Shown here: piece after piece, positions 22,501 to 34,500 of the stretch
How the letters are laid out: the number at the start of each line of letters is the position of its first letter
Position numbering within the stretch: the stretch's first letter is position 1
The notes under the pieces: generated by a model
What the model was told of the DNA's origin: nothing
Seen by the model: only the letters and a program-made list of their open reading frames with translations
Database searches by the model: none
NCBI RefSeq assembly: GCF_964194155.1
Contig: NC_135902.1
Coordinates: 48,236,001-48,300,000, forward strand
DNA from: Cetorhinus maximus
Taxonomy: Eukaryota
Direction of reading: 5' to 3'
Length of the DNA: 64,000 bases
Made by a program: the position numbers and the translations under genes

Positions 22501-25500
22501 GTGTTACAACATTGTCAGCTTCACTGGAACAGGTCTGTAAATCATTGCATCCCACTGTTGCCAGAATGAAAGCTCTATCATATCCAACCAGTGATGTTAA
22601 TATGTCCAACTTGTTGAGAGGGGTGGGGGGGGGTTACATCTTCTAATGAATGTTGTGGCATTGGGTGTAGTTCTGGGGCGGGTTTGAACACTGCCCTCAC
22701 CAGCCAAGACGTCTGGCTTAGGAGCCACTACTTCTGAATGATGCCCACTTTTCTACAGGGGCAAGGAGAGTGACACCTTGTTCTGCTGCTGTGCTGACCA
22801 GTGTCTTAGCCACTAACTGAGGAATCTGTGGGGTGGCTAATTGTATTTTGGATTTGAAATAAAAGTCTTTAGATACTGTTGGGCATCTCAATATTTGTAC
22901 ACGCATGGTGTATATGTGTAAACTTTGTGTCTTGTAAGATTCCTAAACTGGAGTCTCCCAGAATGAGTGGTCCCTCGAGCACTATTTGATGACTTGGGAG
23001 AAACCGTCCCTGTTTGCACATGTATAACAAGTGAGAGAAAAGCACAAACCAGAACACGAGAGAGAGAGAGAGAGAGAGATCCTCTGTATAACAAAAATGG
23101 AAAATGCTGGAAATACTCAGCAGGTCAGGCAGCATCTGTGGGGAAGAGAGAGAAACAGTAAACTTTTCAGATCTCTGACCATTCATCAGAAACCTTGTAA
23201 TGTGTGTGTATGTCCTGTTCCAAGAATTGGGCAGTTTTGCAGTTTTTCTGAAGGCTGGCTTTTTCTCTCTGAGGCTTGAATTCAGCAGTGGGGTTTGGCA
23301 GTCAGTGAATTAAACTAAGATTTTTGTAACTTGCTGTGTGTTGGAAAATGTCGTAATTGTATGAAAGGTTTAAGTAACTTGTATATTTTTTTGTTGAATC
23401 AGGGATACTGGTGTTTCTCATTGTGGTCAATACTGCAGAAACAGCACAGAAGTAGTTTTCATTTAAAGGTTACTAATCCTTAAATCGTTCTATTCTGTGT
23501 TGATGATTCATAAATTATAAATCACCACACCATAAAACACAGTCAAAGATTTTAGTCAGTGCCCAGTAATATGTAAGGACTCAGCTAAGGTAAATGCAAT
23601 AACATTTATAAACAATGAGCAAGCTCATCATGTTTGACCCAGAGTCTCCTGTTGTATGAGGGGAGATTGGTTCGACTGGGCTTGTATTCACTAGAGTTTA
23701 GAAGAATGAGGGGGGATCTGATTGAAATGTATAAAATTCTAACAGGGCCAGACAGAATGGATGCAGGGAGGATGTTTCCCCTGGTTGGGGAGTCTAGAAC
23801 CAGGGGCCACAGTCTCGGGATATGGGACAGGCCATTTTCGGACTCAGATGAGGAAAAATTCCACCCTTTTTGAGATGGGGGGAAAAGTGAGGAAACCTCG
23901 TGTGGTTCTTTCACATTCCCACGGACAGGGATTGCAAACTAACCACACACTCTCACACACCCTTTCCTCAACTGATGTCCCCACTACCTCCCCGTCCTCA
24001 CTTCTCCCTCCCCTCATCTGTTAACCCATTTTGTAAAAAAACAAACAAACAAAATAAAAGTTCCCTGAAAACACCAGAGAAGTTTTATTCCAATATTAAA
24101 ACTGGAAACACAAGCCTAGGATTGCACATCACCACGTGTGGGGTTTTAATGTTGTTTCAGCATGATTTTAGAGAGGTGGGAGGGGGTGTAGGGCAAGGAC
24201 ACATAAAAGGGGGGTTCCTGACCATGTACAGTGAAACACCCAGGGAGTGTAGCTCCCCCAAATTCTGCAAACTCCTACCTTGAGAGAGATTGCGCACACT
24301 AGTTGAGAGTACATCAGATTTCTATCAATTCCATTCCTCATTTCGAGGGAAGCTGGTTACAGTAGATTAGTTCTGGCCAATTGGAATTGCTGACTAGCCA
24401 TATGTGTGGCTACAGTGACACGCTTTTATAGTCACATGCACCAATCTTAGTGGAAAATACCCTTCACAAACTCTCAATACAGTGTATGTTTAAAAATCTA
24501 GCATCAGTCAGGAAACCAAGCGCTCAATCAAAAAAAAACACTTAAACTACGGTTGCCAACTCTGCTTTGACATATTACTGGCGATCACATGGCCTTTGGT
24601 CATAGAACCGTAGAAACTAGGAGCAGGAGTAGGCCATTCGGCCCTTTGAAACTGCTCCTCCAGTCAATATGATCATGGCTGATCCTCTATCTCAACGCCC
24701 TATTCCCACTTCCTCTCCATACCCTTTGATGCCCCTAATATCCAAAAAAAAACCCTATCGATTTCTTTCTTGAATATACTCATATACTCAGTGACCCGGC
24801 CTTCACAGCCCTTCGGTAGCAGAGAATTCCACAGGTTGACCATCCTCTGAGTATTTGTTTGTTCTTTTTACAAAATGGGTTAAAGGATGAGGGGAGGGAG
24901 AAGTGAGGATGGGGAGATAGTTGGGGACAACAGTTGAGGAAAGGGTGTGTGAGAGTGGGTGGTTAGTTTGCGATCCCTGTCCGTGGGAATGTGAAAGAAC
25001 CACACGAGGTTTCCTCACTTTTCCCCCATCTTAGAGGGTGGAACTGCATCGACTGCAATGTCAGGCAGGTTAGAGTGTGGGATCTGAGAAAGCAGACGGA
25101 ATGTTTGTAGGTCAAGTTCAAGTAAATAAAAAAAAAATGGAGGAGGAATAGAAGGAGGGGTGGTTTCATCACCAATTGGAACAGAATAAAGTTTTCAGTG
25201 AGTAACCAAATAGCCCCAGAGGGAAGAAAGCGAGAAAGCAAATGGGTAATAAATTGATGTGGAGTTCCCCCTTTTATATTTAAGGACATGTTGTTGGGGT
25301 TTATCTGTAATATCCTTGCTTCCTCTGCAGCCCGGAATGCTGTGATAGTGGTAGCTGCCAGCCTTGTCGCTTACAGCTTTGAAAGTCAAGATCAGCACGT
25401 GTTCACTCTGACAGGAAAAACTGCCCGGGGTCTCCCACCCTTCCGGCTCCCACCTTTCTCGGACACAGCATCCAATGGTACTGTTGGCTTCACTGAGATG

Positions 25501-28500
25501 CTTCAGGTAAGGGTCTCGATCGTAAAGGCAGTCCAATATGAAACCGAACATGATCCAATGATTAAACCGACTGTGGTCCAGTACTAAATACTGCACAATA
25601 TGGAACAGATTTTATACCTCAAATTCCAATATATAATCGACATCGATCCAGATTATCAAAGCAATCTTCCTCCTCTTCCCCTGCACCACCTCCCTGCCTT
25701 TTACAATACAAAAACATTGATGGGATTTTATTTGGACCTTTTGCATTCAGATATAAAGTTTCTAACTTGCAACCCAGTCCTGATTTAAATCAGCTGTTGT
25801 TGAACACAATTGCAACAAAAGCCACACTATATAATTCAGAGTGAAGTGGAATTAACTAGTCATTGCTGGAATAATCGAGGATGAGGCATTGCACAGAGAT
25901 ATCTTTATTTAACTGTTATCTGTAATATGTGGGGAGTGGTTGGCCAGGTTGATTAGACGTCTAGCACACGGATCAGATTAGTGCCAACTGCACAGTGTTC
26001 GATCTGTGTTCCGGCTGGGGTAGATTCCGGGTCTGCCTCGTGGCATTTGGCTGTGGGTCACCTTCGGCCAGAGAACTCAAAGAAAATATCTATAATATCA
26101 TTAATATCACGAGGCTCAGCTGTGTTGTATTAAATGTTTGGATACGCATCGCAGTGAGTTTTAATTGTATATTAATTAGATATTTAATTATATGCAGGCA
26201 GTGGGCATTAATCAGGGTTTCACTTGAGCACATATATAAAGAGATACTGAAAACGTGGTGCGGTTGAGTTAGGAGGTATATGCTTGTAACGTTTAGCTCT
26301 CTAAATAAATATTAGCCTGAGTAAAGATTGGCTCCAAGACTATCCTTCAACTGGCTTTCTGGAATAAGCAGCGGGATCATCAGTGAGTGGGCAGTTAAAC
26401 TGGCCCTGATGTTTATCAATGATTCTCCTGATCTTTCTAGAACTTTGGAGCAGGATTAGCTGTGGTGCCGCTGGTTGGATTTCTGGAAAGTATTGCGATA
26501 GCCAAAGCCTTTGGTGAGTGATCGGCACAAGTAAACCTGCCTTAAGGACCACGAGCAGCCCAGCTCGACCTTGCACAGCTCATTCCACCACTGAGCAGGG
26601 CTGGAGAAAGTAACAATGGCTGGAGGACATTCGGCCCCTCCAATCCCTCCATTACACCAGGTCTGATCTCTACCACTTGGGGGAGAGAATTCCAAAGCTT
26701 CACCACCCTCTGACTGAAGAAATTCCTCCGCGTCTCAGTCCTAAATGGCCTACCTCTCATCCTGAGACTCTGTCCCTTGGTTCTAGACCCCCAACCGAGG
26801 AAACATTCTTCCTACATCTACCCTGTCGAGCCCTATAAGAATTTTGTAAGCTTCAATGAGGTCACCTCCTCCTGTCCTTATAGACTGTAGAGAATACAGG
26901 CCTAGTCTCCCCCAGAGGACAGTCCTGTCATCCCAGGAATCAGGCTGGTGAACCTCCATTGCGCTCCCTCTAAAGCAGATCCTTCCTTAGGTAAGACGAC
27001 GAAAACTGTACACCCTCTGCCCCCAGGTGTGGCCCCTTTATTGCCCCCTTGTCCCAGGCTCTCCCAGACTGGAGGAAATAATAATAATAATAAAAGCAAA
27101 ATACTGCAGATGCCGGAAATCTGAAAACTCAGCAGGTCTGGCAGCATCTGTGGAGAGAGAAACGGAGTTAACGTTTCGAGCTCTGTTTGGCTCTTCGGGG
27201 CTGAAGAGAGGTAGAAATGGGATGGGTTTTATACTGTTGTGAGCGGGTGGAGCAAAATAGAAGGTCAGGGATAGGCGGGAGCTCGGGAGAGATTTGACAA
27301 AGATGTCATGGACTTAAGACAGGGAAGGTTAATGGTGGTGTTAAAGATTAAAGAAGGTGCTGATAGTGGCATAAAGGTTAGACAGTAGAATGTGTTAGTA
27401 GCAGAACAAGGGTCAGTGCTGTGAAAGAATAACAGAAACGAGTAACAGATGGCTGAGTAAGGGGTGTGGTGCAGGGGCGGAGAATTTTTCTACCCTATCA
27501 AATACTGGAATTATTTTACACGCCTCAATCATCCGTCTTCAAAGGAACACAACCAAGGCTTTACAACCTGACCAAAGTTAACCCCCTTCAGGCCTGGTAT
27601 TGTTCTGGTGAATCTGTGCTGGACCCTCAGAAGTCAATGTTACCTCCCTGAGGCACACTGCCCAAACCCACCATGGTCTTTATTCCTGGGATGTGTTGGA
27701 CACGCTGTCAAATACTGGCAGCATTGTTCGCATAGCTTCACCCAGACCGGTTCTGGTATCAGGCAGCGTTCTCTCTGTGAACGCTGTCATTAATGTGAGG
27801 GATCAGTGACCAGGCCAGTAAAGCTGTGACCTGCAGCACTTGTCGAGGGTGAGGGAGACTGGCTGACCAAGACTGAGGCGACTTTGGTCTAAATCGCTTC
27901 ACTCTAGCTCCCTTTTTAACCCGGGAGGATTCGGGTTGTATCTGTCACTCTCCCTTTGAATGACTTCCAAAGATTTAGTACACCTGGGGGTTTTGCTTTG
28001 ATGGATTTTCTGTTTTGCAGCCAGTCAGAACAACTACAGAATCGACCCGAATCAGGAACTCATTGCAATCGGTAAGAGCGGGTGTTATAGTAATAATGTG
28101 GTACAGCTGAAGAAGGGTGGAGTTCCAGGGTGTGTTTATTCGCTGCCTCCTGTTGATAGAAACTGGTGTTGGGCACCCCCTAAGTGAAGAGAGGCAGTGA
28201 ACTCCATGCTAAGGTCTGGTGATTGCTTATTCCCTCACGCAGTGTACCTGAAGCTTTCCCTCGTCCCACTCGAGCAGGACACACCCCACCCACCCTCTTC
28301 CCCCCCCCCTCCCCTGGGAACTTGGTTCGGGTGAAGTTAGTTGTTTTGAGTTTCAGAATTGAGACTTTTCTTCTCTTTCTCTCTTGTACACCTTGCTCCT
28401 GAGACCGAGGGGTGAGGGAGGGGGTGGGGAGGCCCCCCCCCACCCCCGAGGGGTGAAGGGGGACGGTGGGGAGGCCCCCCCCCACCCCCGAGGGGTGAGG

Positions 28501-31500
28501 GAGGGGGTGGCGACGGGGATGTCTCCATTTGGTATTGGAAGCGGCTGGTTTTGTGGCAGTTTCTGGAAAATACCTGACTCCCAGACTCCCTCCCTCGCAG
28601 AATTGACAAGTACTCGGAGTGAGGAAATCTTAAAATCAGATCTTGTCCCCAAAAACCAAAGAAATAAAATACACCTTTAGGGGCAGGAACTGGAACCAGT
28701 GACACTGAACTGGCTTCCGCTGCAGCTCTGTGCAGAGGTGGATATTTTGGGATTCAGGTTTTTACTGCAGCCTGGTGAACCGTGTACAGGAATCCAGGTG
28801 TGTGCACCTGCCTGACTCCCTCCCTGGCTGCCCCCACTCCTTACCCCGTGTCTCTAATGTCCCTAACCTGGGACAGACTTAACCCACCCTCAGTGGTGAC
28901 CCTGTTCTGACCCTGTCTGGTTTTTTTTTGGGTTTCAGGCAGTACGAACATTCTGGGCTCTCTTCTCTCTTCTTACCCAGTAACCGGGAGCTTCGGGAGG
29001 TGAGTCTGAGTTGGAGATGGGGGTGTGGGGGGCCGGTGGGGTGGGGTGGGGTGGGGTGGGATGGGATGGGGAGGGAGGGTCTGAAATGGGTAGGGAGGTT
29101 TGGTCCGGAGTTTGGAGATTTACGCTGCTGGTGCTGTTACAATGGAACCGTTCATCACCAACCCTGGGAGCAAATCCCCTCCCCTCACCCCAAAGTGGGT
29201 AATGGTGGCAGGTAGTTAAGCTGATGCAGGAATAGAGAGAGAGAGAAGTTGATTGGGGGGCGGGGGGGGGGGGGGGAAGGGCACTGAGGTGGGGAGGTGG
29301 TGGGGAAGAGAGCTCTGCTTTAGGGGAGGGGGCCAGTGGGAAGTGAGTGAGCTTTCCACTATTCCCTTAGCAAAGACCACAAGCCTGGGAGGGTGTGCGA
29401 GGTGCCCACTGCATTAACCTGTCCATCGCTCAGGGCCTGTGTTCAGGGCCTGTGTCACAGCTGCTGATCCCGCTCTCTATAGTTCCTGCTGTCATTGGCT
29501 TTTCAAACTCTCTCCCCAGGACTGCTGTGAATTCCCAGACTGGGGTGTGCAGCCCCGCTGGAGGAATAGCCACTGGTGAGTCACTGTTTAAAATATTAAT
29601 TGAAGCCAGTTTGTCCTTTTAGTGCCATCCCTGTCAGCCAGAAATGTGAATGTTTATTTAATTTGTTCTTTTACCTCTCTCTGCCGCTCTCAGGTTCATG
29701 CCGCACATTCTGATTTGTGTGTTTTTTGTTACCAGGGGTCATTGTGCTGCTGTCTCTGGCTTTCCTCACTCCTCTGTTCTACTACATCCCAAAAGCAGCA
29801 CTGGCGGCTGTCATCATCTGTGCCGTCTCCACCGTGTTCGACTTGGGGATTGTTGCCACGCTCTGGAGGGTGAAAAGTAGGTGTTGGCGCGTTTCACTCC
29901 GATCACGTTCCATCGCTCTCCCTCTGTCGGTGCGGTGTGGCTCCTGATTCTCCAGCTAAGAGGCTGTGCGCACAAACCATTCAGTGAATCTCAGCCTGCA
30001 GGCCTAGGACTTGCTGTTGGGCTCAGTGGATCTCTCGCTCCCCTCGGAGTCAGAATGCCAGCGATTCTAACCCTGCTCCAGGCACCTGAGCGCCTAATCT
30101 AGGCCGACCCTCCAGTGCCAGTACTGAGGGAGTGCTGCTGACTGAGGTGTCTGCTCCCCTTTGGGTGTAGGTTAAAAAGCCCCCACTCTCCTATTTCGAA
30201 GGAGAGTAGGAGAGTTCTCCCCGGTGTCCTGGCCAATATCCATCCCTCGATCAACATCACAAAAAGAGTATCCGGCCATTGTCACATTGCTGTTTGTGGG
30301 AGCTTGCTGTGCACAAATTAGCTGCCACATTTCCTACATTACAACTGTAAGAGCACACTTTAATAGTACTTCATTGGCTGTAAAATGCTTTGAGTATCCT
30401 TTTGATTGTGAAAGGCGATATATAAATGCAAGTCTTTCTATTTGTGTGACCAGCTTCTCCCTGAAGCTGCTCTGATTAAGCCTAGTGATACTAGCCTGCC
30501 CTCGTGTGGCTACAATGTGTATTGTTATCTCTATTCACTCCACTTCAACCTTCGCCTGAGTGTTCGGTTTTGCGCTATAGTGACGACCCCTCCTGAACTG
30601 AGGACATCAAATTATCTCAAGCCTTGTTGCTTTATTTTTTCCAGAACTGGACCTGCTGCCTTTCCTAGCATCATTCCTGGGTTGTTTTTGGGAAATCCAA
30701 TATGGAATTCTGGCCGGAATTGCTATATCTGGGATAATTCTGTTTTTTAACATCGCCAGACCTGAAATTAAGGTAATAGTCTGTCAGTAATTTAAATTCA
30801 ACTGTTGAGTGTGCAGGCCAGTGCGTTTCTCTGCCACAACGTGCCCACACCAAAGGGACATTTTTCAATGTGTTTTCCCTGTGGCTCAAGAGTTGATCAA
30901 TGGACTTAACACCACTGGATCAGTGAAGGCTAAATCAGCTGGGCATCCCAGAGCAGATCCATGTCTAGTGACCCCTCCTGAAGTGAGCAATGGGCTTGTG
31001 CCTAACTATGGCGCCTGCCTGTTTCCTATCCCCTCCCTACCCTGGTTGAAAAGCCTGCCAGCGTTCTGTTTAGGCTCATAGAGCATGAGGGGGAGCAGCA
31101 ATTCCCAGAGGTGGTGTCCCATTGCCCTGGGAGAGAGAGAGAGAACACCCTTTACACGAGTAAACCACAAGGTTTTGCGGGGGGGGGGGGGTCTTTATAC
31201 CCCTTTTAAGGCAGAAACCGATTTTGCAGCAAAGCCTTGCTGTGAATCAACTTTTGAGACAAATTTCAGGATTAGCTGATTAAGTTCTCAGGTAAACTGT
31301 CAACAAACTTGTGCAGTGATTTACAGTTTAACCAGATATATAATTGTGTCAAGATCTCTCTCTCTCTCTCTCTCTCTTTCTCCCCTTCCCCCTCCTTGAG
31401 TCTTGTCTTGATCTCCCCTCCGGATGGTCTTTCTCTGCTGCCAAGAAGGGAAACTCGGGATGTTCTTTATTCAGGCTGTTATCCAATTAACCCATCGCCT

Positions 31501-34500
31501 TCAGCCCTGTGAGAGGATACTCACTCCCTGACCAACCACAAATAGTTTATGGAGATGTTGCTAACCTTATATAAAAATACAAATAATGTCCTTTTGCAGG
31601 CCGGGATAGACAGATATTTGGTGTCTCAGGGAATTAAGGAATACGAGGAGCGGGCGGGAAATTGGAGTTGAAGCCCAAGATCAGCCATGATCGTATTAAA
31701 TGGCGGCGCAGGTTCAATGGGCCGTGTGGTCCTATTTCTTGTATCTCGATACTTTTACATGCTGTGGTTCCTTATCTGGTAGAGAAAGACATATCTACTT
31801 TCCATTCTCACATGAGCAGTCTTTCACAGGTTTTGTCCATTTTTGCTCCCTGAATCCCTCCATCTCGGCATCTTTTCTATACTGTGCCCTTTTTCTAAGT
31901 TTTCTCACTAAACTATCCTCCAAAGAAAGGGTATCTAGAAATCAAGCGTTAATAAACTACAGGGTTAGATGTTGGTTTCTAATAATGTTAGATTTTAACA
32001 ATTTAATTAATATTCTGGTTAGTAACCTAATAATCTTACCCCAGCAAGCTTGGGGATCTTATACCCTGTCTTCATAAAGCTGTTTTCCAACAGGGCAGCA
32101 TTGTAATCCAAGGAGGGTCACCAAGTTCCTCACCAACAAACACCCACAGCTGAGTTAGCAACCCAAGGCAGGGAGCTGATCAATCGGAAATCGCACCGTG
32201 GCACAGATTGTTTTGTAAATGTGTCGCTTAACCCTGTATCCAGTAGAACTATGGAGGTTAATGACTTGAGGTTGAAGACGGCAGAATCCTAACCCTCTTC
32301 TTTCTGTGTCTCAGATTTCTGATTACGGTACAGTTGTAGTGCAGTTACAGAGTGGTCTGAATTTCCCTGCTGTTGAACATGTTTGTGACCAGCTGTACCA
32401 GCGTGTGTTTGAAGGTAAGTGGGAACTTCACTGATCCTGGCCGAATCCCTCTACTTCTCCCCTCTCAGTGCAGGCAGGGATTAAGCCAGCTTTAATTCTG
32501 CCAGTTTCCACCCCCCACCCTGTGTGAGGTCCAGTGATTCTGCTGCGTTCAGTATTAGGAATTTCATTCCACATGTTGGTGGCACCAGACGTGCAGAAAT
32601 TGAACAGACCATCTCGGTCCAATCAAATATCCCCAACTATCTAAAACTTCTCTAATAACCCTCAATTGCTTCCTTCCTTAAAAAAGCACTTTCCAGATCC
32701 TTGTTGACTTTGCCAGTATTAATAGCTAAATGTTTGCTTCCCTAGTTAAGCAGAACCTACACCACCCCACCCACCTCAGTTGCCTGTTCCCTTTCCCTAG
32801 TGGGGCCCCCCCTGTTTGCAGAAGTGAATAACTATATTGTTTAGAATCGCTGTACCTCTCCCACACACGTTTTGTTTACACTGGAGAAAAAAAAATTCCC
32901 AGCTCTCTCTCTCTCTTTTTAATCGCTCACATAGTCTGCTTGATCAGCACCCTGTCCATCACCTTAACATTCACTCCCTCTACCAACAGTGCAGTGGCAG
33001 CAGTGTGTGTACCATCTACAAGATGCACTGCAGCAACTCACCAAGGCTCCTTCGACTCCACATGGGAACACCGCCACCTGGAAGTTCCCCTCCAAGCCAC
33101 TCACCATCCTGACTTGGAAATATATCGGCCGTTCCTTCATTGTCGCTGGGTCAAAATCCTGGAACTCCCACCCTAACAGCACTGTGGGTGTACCCACACC
33201 ACATGGACTGCAGTGATTCAAGAAGGCAGCTCACCACCACCACCTTCTCAAGGGCAATTAGGGATGGGCCATAAATGCTGGCCCAGCCAGTGACACCTGC
33301 AAAACCCAAATGAATTAAAAGGTCACAACCATGTGTATAAATAGTTGTCCAATGTTGATCTGTGTGCAAGAACCATACTGATGTGAGTTCTACATCTCCC
33401 TTCAATAGTTATTTGCTCTAAGTGAGGATGTAACCAACAGGATGGACAGGAATCTCTCCCACAAAGAATGCAATGCAGTAAGAGACTCAGAAGTAAGGTG
33501 GGTGGGTGGGGGTGTAGGATCCTCAAGTTGGCAAATGGATTTTTAAAAATTTTCTTTGGCTTTGCCTCAAGTTAAGTTTCACTCGCCCTGAACCAGTTGG
33601 TGAGGAAGAAATCCAAGGTTTTGTATCCAGGACACGTTTCAATACATTGCCCTTGTGATTCACCAGTGTTGTCCAGCGAGGGCTTCAACTGATCAGACCA
33701 GGAAGAACTCCAACCTGAGCCCTGGTTGGTGCTGAATTCCAGCCAGAGACATGGTGAGTGCTGGAAATGGCCATTCTCTTCAAAAAAAAAAGGCAGAGTG
33801 ATGCTCATGCAGTCAAATAGCCCACTCAACACTCTCTGCATGGGAGCAACTGGTTCCACAGAACTACATGCTGACTTGGAAATGGAGGGGGAGAAATTCA
33901 GTAAGAGGCATTCAGATTAATAATCTTGTGGTTTAATGAAGTGTTGCACATTTCCTTCAGTAGCTGTGCCTCCCCGTTCTGTGATCCTGGATTGTCTGCA
34001 CGTCAGCAGCATTGACTACACAACAGTGAACAGCTTAAGGGAGCTGATCCGGACATTTCAACAACAGAATGTGTGCCTGGTGTTCACTCATTTCCAGGTA
34101 CGTGCTCACGAGGCAATCCCAATCCCCGATATATTTTTTAAAATCAGCCCACGACTGGTGGCCATGTCTTTAGCTGCTAGGCTGTGGAAACCCTCCCTAA
34201 ACCTCTCCACCTCTTTCCTCCTTTCTAAGATGGTCCTTATGACCAGCTCTGGGTCACCTGCCCTAACATTTCATGTGGCTCGATGTTGAATTTTATTTGT
34301 TTGCTCCTATGAAGCACCTTGGGACATTTTTCAGTATGTTTACAGACGCAAGTTGTCACAATGCCTGGTGACTTTAATTCTCACTGTGAGCTCTGGAAAA
34401 TTAAACTTCTATTTTGGGCACCAACATTGCACACAATCCGAGGTATGCTCGATGTAAATTTATAACCACTCTTTGCTCAGGTCTCCGACAGCGTGACACA

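Noticed and set aside
28400-28520. Short GC-rich duplication (cccccccacccccgaggggtga x2)
   Set aside because: Two-copy local slippage with no evident function.
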